Shown here piece after piece: positions 49,703 through 58,688 of a DNA stretch of 64,000 nt; position 1 is the stretch's first letter, and each line of letters opens with the position of its first letter. The stretch lies in sequence record PP400779. One strand, 5' to 3'. The notes under the pieces were generated by a model that was not told the DNA's origin, did not search any database, and saw only the letters and a program-made list of their open reading frames with translations. This DNA comes from Escherichia phage JM17. Both the position numbers and the translations under genes were made by a program.

Positions 49703-50035
49703 ATGTCTGAAGTACAACTCCCAATTCGTGCTGTTGGTGAATATGTCATTCTGGTTTCTGAACCCGCTCAAGCAGGTGATGAAGAAGTTACCGAATCAGG
49801 ACTTGTGATTGGTAAACGTGTTCAAGGTGAAGTTCCTGAACTATGTGTAGTTCATTCTGTAGGTCCTGATGTTCCTGAAGGTTTTGTTGAAGTCGGTGAT
49901 TTGACTCCACTACCAGTTGGACAAATTCGAAATGTTCCACATCCATTTGTGGCTTTGGGTCTTAAACAACCTAAAGAAATTAAACAGAAATTCGTAACAT
50001 GCCACTATAAAGCTATTCCGTGTCTTTATAAGTGA
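49703..50035 (+). CDS. 31: gp31 co-chaperonin (GroES-like)
   Basis: 110 aa; [34 protein letters not shown] near-identical to T4 gp31. Confidence 0.93.
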   Translation: MSEVQLPIRAVGEYVILVSEPAQAGDEEVTESGLVIGKRVQGEVPELCVVHSVGPDVPEGFVEVGDLTPLPVGQIRNVPHPFVALGLKQPKEIKQKFVTCHYKAIPCLYK

Positions 50036-50043
50036 TATAAATA
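50036..50043 (+). promoter_or_regulatory. late promoter TATAAATA upstream of rIII
   Basis: Exact tataaata immediately after the gene 31 stop. Confidence 0.45.
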
Positions 50044-50159
50044 ACTATATGAAGAGAACACTCTTCTAAGCGGTAGCCTACAACTGAGAGACTTGTCGAA
50101 AGAAGGTGAAATTCAGACGAACGTGGCTACTAAATATTATCTCGAATTGAGAATTTAAA

Positions 50160-50408
50160 ATGATTAAACAATTACAACACGCTCTTGAACTGCAACGAAA
50201 CGCATGGAATAACGGTCACGAAAACTACGGCGCGTCAATTGATGTTGAAGCCGAAGCACTGGAAATCCTGCGTTATTTCAAACATCTGAACCCGGTACAG
50301 GCAGCTTTGGCCTCTGAACTGGAAGCAAAAGATGAACTGAAATATGCTAAGCCTTTGGCTTCTGCAGCTCGTAAAGCAGTACGTCATTTTGTTATTACCC
50401 TTAAATAA
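50160..50408 (+). CDS. rIII: rIII lysis-inhibition accessory protein
   Basis: 82 aa; MIKQLQHALELQRNAWNNGHENYGASIDVEAEALEILRYFKHLNP matches T4 RIII. Confidence 0.9.
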   Translation: MIKQLQHALELQRNAWNNGHENYGASIDVEAEALEILRYFKHLNPVQAALASELEAKDELKYAKPLASAARKAVRHFVITLK

Positions 50409-50702
50409 GTTTTAGGTGATTCGCTACCTTAGTGCGGCTAGAAAATCGAGGAGCCGTCGAACTGTCTGATTAATGATTTGCGAATCATTATAGTTTTAAG
50501 ACCCCGGCAGTTTTACGGTGTACCTCTTGAATGTATTTTATACTATCACGCGTCAGAAAAAGGTTATCTGTCTAAGTCGTGGTTGGTATGATGACGGGTT
50601 TATGGTTATCCTGTCGTTAAATATCCAAAACCTATGTTCCCCTTGAGGGCTTGCGCAGGCAATGTCAATAAGTCCTGCATTTTCATTTAAAGAGAATTTA
50701 TA

Positions 50703-50882
50703 ATGGCAAAACAAGCTAAAGCAAAGAAAGCAGTTGAAAAGAAAGTTGATGGTACCTCTAAACGCGCTGGATACAAGCGTGGGTCGAACTCTCGTATTAA
50801 TCAAACAGTTGAGAAGATCATGCGCAGAGCACGTGCAGTTCTTCGAGATGATGCTTCTCGTTTTGGAAAGGTTGTTGCATAA
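50703..50882 (+). CDS. possible small basic protein (59 aa)
   Basis: Not in the ORF track; MAKQAKAKKAVEKKVDGTSKRAGYKRGSNSRIN..., Lys/Arg-rich; followed by a strong terminator. Confidence 0.35.
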   Translation: MAKQAKAKKAVEKKVDGTSKRAGYKRGSNSRINQTVEKIMRRARAVLRDDASRFGKVVA

Positions 50883-50887
50883 TTTTA

Positions 50888-50909
50888 GGGAGACTTCGGT
50901 CTCCCTTTT
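50888..50909 (+). terminator. intrinsic terminator (GGGAGAC-UUCG-GUCUCCC plus T4)
   Basis: Same hairpin sequence as the gene 32 terminator, followed by ttttg. Confidence 0.65.
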
Positions 50910-50941
50910 GTGCGTTTAGGGCAGAAAAAGTTTAAAAAGAT

Positions 50942-50970
50942 GTTTACTCTCCTGTAGGATGTGTTACTAT
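50942..50970 (+). promoter_or_regulatory. T4-type early promoter (GTTTAC -35, TACTAT -10)
   Basis: 17-bp spacer. Confidence 0.5.
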
Positions 50971-51012
50971 AGACTTGTACCATCTAATCAATAAAACAAC
51001 CTGGAGAACAAA

Positions 51013-51381
51013 ATGAAAATCAATCTGAACTCATACATCAAATGTAAAGACCACGATGGTTATAAAGCTATCGAAATTAAAGAATTCCAGTGGATGTTAT
51101 ACAAAGAGCAATTTGAGTTCGTAGGTTGTATGACCCCTGAAGGTCCTTCTGATGATTTCTCTTGGAAAATTGTGTTAGCAAACTTTTTCACAGGTGACAC
51201 ATACGAATTAAAAACTATTATTACCGGTAAAATTCGTTCAGAAACATATGTTGACGAAGAAACTGGTTACTCTGAAGATGTTACATGGTATCAAAATGGA
51301 CGCATTACAGCAGATAACCTGATAGAAAAAATGAAAGCCAAAGGTGTTTTAAATTTAGACAATTGGATTAAAGTTGCATAA
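51013..51381 (+). CDS. hypothetical protein (122 aa; gene 30.x region)
   Basis: ORF with ribosome-binding site after the promoter. Confidence 0.5.
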   Translation: MKINLNSYIKCKDHDGYKAIEIKEFQWMLYKEQFEFVGCMTPEGPSDDFSWKIVLANFFTGDTYELKTIITGKIRSETYVDEETGYSEDVTWYQNGRITADNLIEKMKAKGVLNLDNWIKVA

Positions 51382-51385
51382 AACA

Positions 51386-51414
51386 GTTTACTTTGGTACA
51401 GGTTATGTTATTAT
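51386..51414 (+). promoter_or_regulatory. T4-type early promoter (GTTTAC -35, TATTAT -10)
   Basis: 17-bp spacer; -10 flanked by inverted repeat acaggt / acctgt. Confidence 0.5.
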
Positions 51415-51455
51415 AGACCTGTATCAACAAACAACTTAAACATCTGGAGAATAAA

Positions 51456-51821
51456 ATGAACTACACCAACTTCGAACGTAAATATGTTTCTAACGGTATT
51501 GCTGGTTCTTCTGAAGTTATTTGCTTATGGAAACACGAAAACGGTACAGTTTGTGAAATCGAACAGTGCATGACTCCTAATTACGTTTATATGCGATTTG
51601 AAAATGGTATCACGGTTTCAATCACGATGGAAGGTTCAAATTTTAAAATTGCATTAGATGATGATTTCCGTCAGCGTGATTTAGGTACTCATCCTTGCTG
51701 GAATGGTGTTAATCGTAAACTTCTGGTTAAAACTTGGATTCGTCATATCCTGAGTAACCGAGCTAAACCTGAACATCTCGAAGCAATCTTTGATGTAGTT
51801 CTTAACGAATTTGATATCTAA
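51456..51821 (+). CDS. hypothetical protein (121 aa)
   Basis: ORF with ribosome-binding site after the promoter. Confidence 0.5.
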   Translation: MNYTNFERKYVSNGIAGSSEVICLWKHENGTVCEIEQCMTPNYVYMRFENGITVSITMEGSNFKIALDDDFRQRDLGTHPCWNGVNRKLLVKTWIRHILSNRAKPEHLEAIFDVVLNEFDI

Positions 51822-51827
51822 ATTAAT

Positions 51828-51843
51828 TGGGAGCTTCGGCTCC
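51828..51843 (+). terminator. UUCG hairpin without T-run (attenuator or stability element)
   Basis: gggagcttcggctccc followed by actgagg. Confidence 0.3.
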
Positions 51844-51856
51844 CACTGAGGAAATT

Positions 51857-52471
51857 ATGTTTAAAGTTAATACTTTTTATAAAATGAATTTTAAAAATGG
51901 GGATATTACTCCACGCCTTAAAAACATGTTCTCATATGACCTTATTGAGCCTTTTGAAGTTTTAGAAGTTACTGATGCTGGCTCAGTTTGTGAAATTAGA
52001 ACTTCTGAAGGTAAAATTTATCAGGCCGGTGTTGGTAAATTCAGTAATTGTTTTACTTTAATATTCTCGACCGATTTAGATGAGCATTTTATTGAATGTC
52101 CTAACCCTAAGGTCTATGAAGTTCCACATCAAGAAACTAAGAAAAATGGACCGCACGAATATACGAAGGTTGAAACTCCTCACGGCGTGATGTGGCGACA
52201 TAACTCTCCTTTTGGAAGTAAAGGAACATTTGCTCAACTGGCTAAGCCCTACGACGATGAAAAATATGTAGTAGTCCTTTTATCTGAACAGGGTACTCAA
52301 GACCGTGGATGCCAGCGTTCCGGTTTATTGAGTGAACTCGAAGCTCATAACCTAGCACGTGAATTCGTTGAGAAAAATCCTGGTTCTGAAGCTCTAGTCA
52401 TGAAAGCAATTACTCAATATATCACTGCTCAACCTGTTGTTCATCCGGTAGAAATTAATTTCATTAAGTAG
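51857..52471 (+). CDS. hypothetical protein (204 aa)
   Basis: ATG at 51857 with ribosome-binding site GAGGAA after the hairpin; the track start at 51827 lies inside the hairpin. Confidence 0.5.
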   Translation: MFKVNTFYKMNFKNGDITPRLKNMFSYDLIEPFEVLEVTDAGSVCEIRTSEGKIYQAGVGKFSNCFTLIFSTDLDEHFIECPNPKVYEVPHQETKKNGPHEYTKVETPHGVMWRHNSPFGSKGTFAQLAKPYDDEKYVVVLLSEQGTQDRGCQRSGLLSELEAHNLAREFVEKNPGSEALVMKAITQYITAQPVVHPVEINFIK

Positions 52472-52501
52472 TGTACATCCAAGGACGGATTAGAGTATAA
52501 T
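52471..52501 (+). promoter_or_regulatory. early promoter (GTGTAC -35, TATAAT -10)
   Basis: 19-bp spacer. Confidence 0.4.
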
Positions 52502-52525
52502 GATTTCTTTAGTAAGTGGAAAAAT

Positions 52526-52723
52526 ATGAAATTTTTAATAGCACAAACAGTCCAATTAAAAGGTGTTGGAATCCCTGGGATGATTTTTAAAGTTCTCAAC
52601 GAATTTAAAACTGCCGCTGGAATTATCAATGAAGCGTATGCTGTTCAATGGGTTGATGGGACTTCTGACATACGTATGGGTAAAGAGTTATCTCCTATTA
52701 AAGGGTTGAAACATGTTGAATAA
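52526..52723 (+). CDS. hypothetical protein (65 aa)
   Basis: ORF downstream of the promoter. Confidence 0.4.
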   Translation: MKFLIAQTVQLKGVGIPGMIFKVLNEFKTAAGIINEAYAVQWVDGTSDIRMGKELSPIKGLKHVE

Positions 52724-52931
52724 ATTAATCCAGAAATTGTTTGGTACGGAAATGATTGAAGTTACTTATCGTGTAACCGACGTTTTTCCATATTACGCGG
52801 AAAACCGTTTAGAACCATACGTTACGTCAATTAAAATGCCTAAAAATGACAGAAATTTATCTATCGAAGACCGTATACCTGGATACGGACATTGGGCTGA
52901 TGTTGAAATTATAAGTGTTAAAGATGTCTGA
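52713..52931 (+). CDS. hypothetical protein (72 aa)
   Basis: Overlapping coupled ORF. Confidence 0.4.
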   Translation: MLNKLIQKLFGTEMIEVTYRVTDVFPYYAENRLEPYVTSIKMPKNDRNLSIEDRIPGYGHWADVEIISVKDV

Positions 52932-53382
52932 ATTAGAAATAAGAAGTAATTTCAAATGGCCGTCATGTGCATTAAGTAACTTTGCTCAATGGCCTTTTGT
53001 TATGGATGGTATTCAATTCGGAGGTCTTGAAGGATTTCTCCAAGGATGTAAGGTGAAAAATGTTGAACAACAAAGACGTATATTTGGGTTGTCTGGATTG
53101 GCTGCACAACAAGCTGGAAGGTCTTACGCAAGAGCTCAGGACCGTGGGACTCTCTTCTGGTTAGGAGTTCCATTTTCAAGATACTCCGAAGCGTGGAAAG
53201 AATTATACACAAATGCATATTTTGAAGCCGCGATCCAAAACAAGGGGTTTCGTGATGCCTTACAAGCCTCTAAAGGAAAAATTTTGAAGCACAGCATGGC
53301 CAGCCACCTAACAAAAGATGATACAATACTAACTGAAGATGAATTTATTGACGTGTTAAACCTATTAAGAGACTCTTTATGA
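52924..53382 (+). CDS. NADAR (YbiA-like) domain protein
   Basis: LSNFAQWPFVMDGIQFGGLEGFLQGCKV parallels the YbiA/NADAR core FSNFAAWP..DG......E.YFQ..K; ATG at 52924 (GTG at 52915 also possible). Confidence 0.55.
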   Translation: MSELEIRSNFKWPSCALSNFAQWPFVMDGIQFGGLEGFLQGCKVKNVEQQRRIFGLSGLAAQQAGRSYARAQDRGTLFWLGVPFSRYSEAWKELYTNAYFEAAIQNKGFRDALQASKGKILKHSMASHLTKDDTILTEDEFIDVLNLLRDSL

Positions 53383-54143
53383 AGCCTACTATTTTGACTG
53401 ATATTGATGGTGTATGTTTAAGCTGGCAATCTGGACTTCCTTATTTTGCCCAAAAATATAACCTTCCATTAGAACATATTTTAAAAATGATTCAGGACGA
53501 AAAATTTATTTCTCCTGGTAAACTGTTCAATACCGACGATAACCTTGGTAAACAATTAATAGAAAAATATAATAGCTCTGATTTTATTCGTTACTTAGCG
53601 CCTTATTCTGATGCTCTTCGAGTTATCAATAAACTAAAAGAAGACTATAATTTTGTAGCCGTGACGGCGCTAGGTGATTCAATTGATGCTCGATTGAATA
53701 GACAATTTAATTTGAATGCTTTGTTCCCAGGCGCTTTCTCTGAAGTAATGATGTGTGGTCATGATTCTTCAAAGGAACAATTATTCGAACTAGCTAAAAC
53801 AAAATATAACGTAATTTGTTACGTTGACGATTTAGCTCATCATTGTGACCATGCGGCAGAAATTCTTAATGTACCGATTTATTGGTTGGCTCGTGGTGAA
53901 CGTGATGCCATTCCTCGTACTGCACAACGTGTACACACGTGGGATGATATTGAATCTCGTTTGGTTCCACCTGAGCATAATTCAGATTCAGATCGTGAAG
54001 ACCTTTTAAAACGATTGGCGGATTTGCTTAAAGAATCTGGTGCAACAAGTCCAGGTGCATGGCCTAATCAAATTGGTGGCCCCTCGACAACACGTACTCC
54101 ATATACCTGGCGAACCACAGGACCAACTGATATGCAGCCGTAG
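53379..54143 (+). CDS. HAD-superfamily hydrolase-like protein
   Basis: 254 aa; N-terminal motif I ILTDIDGV (D-x-D-x-V); coupled to the NADAR ORF. Confidence 0.4.
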   Translation: MKPTILTDIDGVCLSWQSGLPYFAQKYNLPLEHILKMIQDEKFISPGKLFNTDDNLGKQLIEKYNSSDFIRYLAPYSDALRVINKLKEDYNFVAVTALGDSIDARLNRQFNLNALFPGAFSEVMMCGHDSSKEQLFELAKTKYNVICYVDDLAHHCDHAAEILNVPIYWLARGERDAIPRTAQRVHTWDDIESRLVPPEHNSDSDREDLLKRLADLLKESGATSPGAWPNQIGGPSTTRTPYTWRTTGPTDMQP

Positions 54144-54212
54144 TGGACGATTCAAAACTTTCCTTTAGATTCGTCTAAATGGACTTGGTCTATAAATTGT
54201 TAAGGGTTAATT

Positions 54213-54482
54213 ATGTTTGTAGTTCATGATATTACAGATGGCAAAAATACCACACGTGACTACGGTCACGTTAACATGTTCTTTCGAGACTGGCCATTGT
54301 TTCGTTCAGTAAAAGACGCAGAAATATTTAAAGAGTGTGTTGAACAAGGGTTCATCTACATTTCAGAATACTATGTTGAAGGACTCGGTAAATGGATTAC
54401 CACTTATCAGAAAACGCTGAAATCGCTTCTAGATGAAGTGGCTTATAATAGAACCGTAACCAAAATCGAGGATATCAAATGA
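54213..54482 (+). CDS. hypothetical protein (89 aa)
   Basis: ORF whose stop overlaps the ligase start. Confidence 0.45.
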   Translation: MFVVHDITDGKNTTRDYGHVNMFFRDWPLFRSVKDAEIFKECVEQGFIYISEYYVEGLGKWITTYQKTLKSLLDEVAYNRTVTKIEDIK

Positions 54483-55972
54483 TTTTAGATATTTTAAACC
54501 AAATAGCTGCGATCGGTTCTACTAAAACAAAACAAGAAATCCTTAAGAAAAATAAGGACAACAAATTACTTGAACGTGTGTATCGTTTAACATATGCACG
54601 TGGTATCCAGTATTATATTAAGAAATGGCCAGGACCGGGTGAAAGGTCTCAAGCGTATGGACTTCTTGAATTAGATGACATGTTGGATTTTATTGAGTTC
54701 ACATTAGCCACTCGTAAACTCACCGGTAATGCTGCAATTAAAGAGCTCATGGGTTATATCGCTGACGGTAAACCTGATGATGTAGAAGTCCTTCGTCGTG
54801 TAATGATGCGCGACCTTGAAGTAGGTGCTTCAGTGTCTATCGCGAATAAGGTGTGGCCTGGACTTATTCAATTGCAACCACAGATGTTAGCATCTGCGTA
54901 TGACGAGAAATTGATTACTAAAAATATTAAATGGCCTGCATTTGCCCAATTAAAAGCAGATGGTGCTCGTTGTTTCGCTGAAGTTCGCGATGATGGTGTT
55001 CAATTCTTTTCTCGTGCCGGTAACGAATACCACGGTCTTACTCTATTAGCGGATGAACTGATGGAAATGACTAAAGAAGCTCGTGAAAGACACCCTAATG
55101 GGGTTTTAATCGACGGCGAATTAGTTTATCATTCATTTGATATTAAAAAGGCTGTGAGCTCAGGAAATGACCTGTCGTTCTTATTTGGGGATGATGAAGA
55201 ATCCGAAGAAGTACAAGTTGCAGACCGTAGCACTTCAAATGGTTTAGCAAATAAATCTCTTCAAGGGACTATTTCTCCTAAAGAAGCTGAAGGTATGGTT
55301 CTTCAAGCCTGGGACTATGTTCCTTTAGATGAAGTCTATTCTGATGGCAAAATTAAAGGTCAGAAATACGATGTTCGTTTTGCTGCTCTTGAAAATATGG
55401 CTGAAGGCTTTAAACGAATTGAGCCAATTGAAAATCAGTTAGTTCGTAATCTTGACGAAGCTAAAGTGGTTTATAAAAAATATGTTGACCAAGGTCTTGA
55501 AGGTATTATCCTTAAAAACCGTGATTCATATTGGGAAAACAAACGTTCTAAGAACCTAATTAAATTTAAAGAAGTTATTGATATCGCTTTAGAAGTTGTA
55601 GGATACTATGAACACTCTAAAGACCCTAACAAATTAGGTGGTGTCGAACTCGTATCACGTTGTCGTCGTATTACAACCGATTGTGGTTCAGGGTTTAAAG
55701 ATACAACTCATAAAACAGTTGATGGTGTAAAGGTTCTTATTCCTTTAGATGAGCGACATGATTTGGACCGTGAACGATTAATGACCGAAGCTCGTGAAGG
55801 TAAATTGATTGGACGTATTGCTGATTGCGAATGCAATGGTTGGGTTCATTCTAAAGGACGTGAAGGCACTGTAGGTATTTTCCTCCCAATTATTAAAGGG
55901 TTCCGTTTTGATAAAACAGAAGCGGATTCGTTTGAAGACGTATTTGGACCGTGGTCCCAGACAGGTTTATAA
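54479..55972 (+). CDS. 30: ATP-dependent DNA ligase (gp30)
   Basis: 497 aa; MILDILNQIAAIGSTKTKQEILKKNKDN and the adenylation lysine motif in AQLKADGARCF match T4 DNA ligase. Confidence 0.93.
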   Translation: MILDILNQIAAIGSTKTKQEILKKNKDNKLLERVYRLTYARGIQYYIKKWPGPGERSQAYGLLELDDMLDFIEFTLATRKLTGNAAIKELMGYIADGKPDDVEVLRRVMMRDLEVGASVSIANKVWPGLIQLQPQMLASAYDEKLITKNIKWPAFAQLKADGARCFAEVRDDGVQFFSRAGNEYHGLTLLADELMEMTKEARERHPNGVLIDGELVYHSFDIKKAVSSGNDLSFLFGDDEESEEVQVADRSTSNGLANKSLQGTISPKEAEGMVLQAWDYVPLDEVYSDGKIKGQKYDVRFAALENMAEGFKRIEPIENQLVRNLDEAKVVYKKYVDQGLEGIILKNRDSYWENKRSKNLIKFKEVIDIALEVVGYYEHSKDPNKLGGVELVSRCRRITTDCGSGFKDTTHKTVDGVKVLIPLDERHDLDRERLMTEAREGKLIGRIADCECNGWVHSKGREGTVGIFLPIIKGFRFDKTEADSFEDVFGPWSQTGL

Positions 55973-56160
55973 TGAAAGCTTATTTAGAAACAGTTATTGT
56001 AGCTAAGAAGGATGGTGGAAACATCTCCACCTCTTGCTCTCAGATTATATTAGATTTTCCTAATAACGATTCCTATCATATTTTTATGGACAATTTCGAT
56101 AAGTACGAAAAAGGCTCTAATTTTGAAGTTTATCGTACTTTGCTTCCGATTGTGGATTAA
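55972..56160 (+). CDS. hypothetical protein (62 aa)
   Basis: ATG overlaps the ligase stop. Confidence 0.4.
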   Translation: MKAYLETVIVAKKDGGNISTSCSQIILDFPNNDSYHIFMDNFDKYEKGSNFEVYRTLLPIVD

Positions 56161-56180
56161 GAGCCTTCGGGCTCTTTTTG
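56161..56180 (+). terminator. intrinsic terminator (GAGCC-UUCG-GGCUC plus T5)
   Basis: gagccttcgggctc followed by ttttt. Confidence 0.6.
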
Positions 56181-56181
56181 G

Positions 56182-56195
56182 CATAAATATAAATT
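56182..56195 (+). promoter_or_regulatory. possible late promoter (one mismatch to TATAAATA) for alt
   Basis: cataaatataaatt about 25 nt upstream of the alt start. Confidence 0.3.
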
Positions 56196-56215
56196 ATTAC
56201 TAAAAGGAAAACACT

Positions 56216-58303
56216 ATGTCTGAACAATTAAATGAAGTGTTTGAATCTGAAGGCAGTCTTCCTGTCGTCAATTTGAACCCTAAAGCTAAAGTTCCACAAG
56301 TCTGGAAAATTGGTGATATCGATACAAATATTGTAGTTCGTTTATTCTCTTACCTTTCCGAAGGCGACGCTGTAAAACAAGTTAAACTTGGCGACAAATA
56401 CGCCCATGTTGTTATTATGAGTCTGTCTGAAAAGGGTAATCTAGCTGAATTGAAAAATGGCCTTGGTCCTGCTCCTATTGATGCAATCAACACTATTTTC
56501 AATACAGTATATGAACAGGTTAAAGCTCTTCGTATGGATGCAGTTCTGTTCCGATTCCCTACCAAGAAATTGAAAGGACGTGGACAACAGCTTCAAACTC
56601 TTCTTGCTCGTTTAGTTTCTACTAAAACCGGTGGTCGTTTTAAAGTATTGTCGGCAATGTATCAATTCACAGGTAAACACACCTATGTGATGATGGTTCG
56701 TAAAAATGCCAACATTGAAGATATTAAAGGCATCCCTAACATTAACACAGAGTTGTACACGAAAGTAGATTCTGATGTTGGCGAAGTTTATGTGAGTAAA
56801 AAGACCGGCGAAACGGTCACCAAAGAAACGGCTATCGCAGGTTCTATTGCTGCTGTAGAAGAAAAACGTAAAGATAAACCTGTTATTGCTCGTACTAAAA
56901 TTTCTCGTCGTGCTATTGCAGCAAGTCAATCTTTAGAAGCTGACCGCCAAGAAGGTGAGTTATTCCAGAAATACGAAAATTCTGCTAAAGAAGTTAGTGG
57001 CCCGGCTACAGCCGAATTACTTCCTGAAGCATATGAAATCGTACTAGCCCAAGCATCATCCACAGCAAAAGGCACTTTAGTTGCTGATATCGAAAATAAG
57101 ATTTATAATCGTATTGATGAATCCTTTAGATTTGCCGATGAAGTTTCTTATGGTAGTGTTATTAAGCCAACTTTAGAAAAGTTTGCTAAGAAAATTAAAA
57201 CCGAAAAAACAACATCTGTTAAAGCATTAGCTGCTTTTGTTGAAGCTGCAAATGAAATTGCAGACTCTATTAGAGACGAATGGTTTGAAGATTTTAGACG
57301 AGATAATTTCCAACTGGCAGACGACGTTTTAGCTGAAGTATCTGAAAAAACTTGGAAACAACGTAAATCAGCGTTCTTGTCTAATGTGATGTATACTTAT
57401 GCACGAGAATCGGCTAGAGGCACCTTTAATATAACAATGAATCGGGACCCTAAACAATACTCTGTTGCTGAAAAACGAGCTATTCGTGAATATGCCTCTT
57501 CTGCGTATACCGATATCAACAATATGTTGTTAGGTCGTTATAAACCAGATTTTTACGATGTTGCAGATGAAGATGAAGTTAAACGCGCTATTGATGGTCT
57601 TGATTCGGCGTTTTTAAATGGAGATCGTTTACCTGAAGGACTAACGTTATATAGAGCTCAGTCTATCAGAATGCCTATTTACGAAGCAATGGTTAAAAAT
57701 AAGGTATTCTACTTCAGAAACTATGTTTCCACTTCACTAGCTCCTATTATTTTCGGCGGGTTTAAAGAGAACGTTGCCCTTGGACTTGCTCCTGAAGAAG
57801 TTCGCAAAGAGCTTAACATTGACAATAATGACGAAGGTGTTACTATTTCTCCTAGCCTGGTGCGTACCGCTATGCATGCGCCAGAACAAATTCGTGTTAA
57901 TGTTGGATGGGCTATTGATGGCGCCCATAAAGTTAACGTGATTTATCCGGGACAGTTGAGTAATCACCCTAATGAGCAAGAAATTATTTTGCCTAGAGGC
58001 ATTCTCTTGCAGATAAATAAAATTACAGATGCGTCATCTGACACTGGTGCAGGTTTAGAATCCAACCTTAAATTTATTCAAGCTGAAGTCATGTCCTCGG
58101 ACCAGTTGGACGAAGCTGTCATTTACGATGGTGATGTTCTCATGGAAACAGGCGAGGTAGTTGCTATGACGGGTGAAATCGAATCAGATGAGCCGGTATC
58201 TTTTGCCTCATTTGTAGAAAAAACTAGTGCACCTAAAGGTTTGAAATTGTTAGCATCTTTAATGGATTTAGAATCAGTTCCGTTTAAATTTGTCCAAGGA
58301 TAG
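56216..58303 (+). CDS. alt: Alt ADP-ribosyltransferase (head-packaged)
   Basis: 695 aa; C-terminal LYRAQSIRM...VFYFRNYVSTSL and final KFVQG match T4 Alt. Confidence 0.9.
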   Translation: MSEQLNEVFESEGSLPVVNLNPKAKVPQVWKIGDIDTNIVVRLFSYLSEGDAVKQVKLGDKYAHVVIMSLSEKGNLAELKNGLGPAPIDAINTIFNTVYEQVKALRMDAVLFRFPTKKLKGRGQQLQTLLARLVSTKTGGRFKVLSAMYQFTGKHTYVMMVRKNANIEDIKGIPNINTELYTKVDSDVGEVYVSKKTGETVTKETAIAGSIAAVEEKRKDKPVIARTKISRRAIAASQSLEADRQEGELFQKYENSAKEVSGPATAELLPEAYEIVLAQASSTAKGTLVADIENKIYNRIDESFRFADEVSYGSVIKPTLEKFAKKIKTEKTTSVKALAAFVEAANEIADSIRDEWFEDFRRDNFQLADDVLAEVSEKTWKQRKSAFLSNVMYTYARESARGTFNITMNRDPKQYSVAEKRAIREYASSAYTDINNMLLGRYKPDFYDVADEDEVKRAIDGLDSAFLNGDRLPEGLTLYRAQSIRMPIYEAMVKNKVFYFRNYVSTSLAPIIFGGFKENVALGLAPEEVRKELNIDNNDEGVTISPSLVRTAMHAPEQIRVNVGWAIDGAHKVNVIYPGQLSNHPNEQEIILPRGILLQINKITDASSDTGAGLESNLKFIQAEVMSSDQLDEAVIYDGDVLMETGEVVAMTGEIESDEPVSFASFVEKTSAPKGLKLLASLMDLESVPFKFVQG

Positions 58304-58332
58304 TTTACAAACACATGGATGTGTGATACTAT
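58303..58332 (+). promoter_or_regulatory. T4-type early promoter (GTTTAC -35, TACTAT -10)
   Basis: 18-bp spacer. Confidence 0.5.
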
Positions 58333-58361
58333 TATCCCATCAACAACATGAGGAAAACGTT

Positions 58362-58655
58362 ATGAAATCTATGCTTCGCTTTAATGGTCAAGAACTAGTA
58401 GTTGAAGATGCTATCCCAGCGGATGATGTTTTTAACGAAGCTGTGATTGACGAATTGAATCGAGTATTCCCAGGTGCATTCCATATTGCTATGGAACCTC
58501 TTAAAAACTTTCGTGACCCTGAGCACACTGATCAAATTTTTATCGGTGTAGTGACAGGTCATTTAGAAACAGAGGTACCAATGGTCGTATTAGTTAAATA
58601 CTCTAAAGATGATACTCCATTCCGAGCACCAGCATTCCTTTCATTCCGTAAATAA
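58362..58655 (+). CDS. hypothetical protein (98 aa)
   Basis: ATG at 58362 with ribosome-binding site GAGGAA after the promoter. Confidence 0.45.
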   Translation: MKSMLRFNGQELVVEDAIPADDVFNEAVIDELNRVFPGAFHIAMEPLKNFRDPEHTDQIFIGVVTGHLETEVPMVVLVKYSKDDTPFRAPAFLSFRK

Positions 58656-58664
58656 ACCCCTAAA

Positions 58665-58688
58665 GGGAGACGTTGTCTCCCTTTTTTC
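58665..58688 (+). terminator. intrinsic terminator (GGGAGAC...GUCUCCC plus T6)
   Basis: gggagacgttgtctccc followed by tttttt. Confidence 0.6.
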
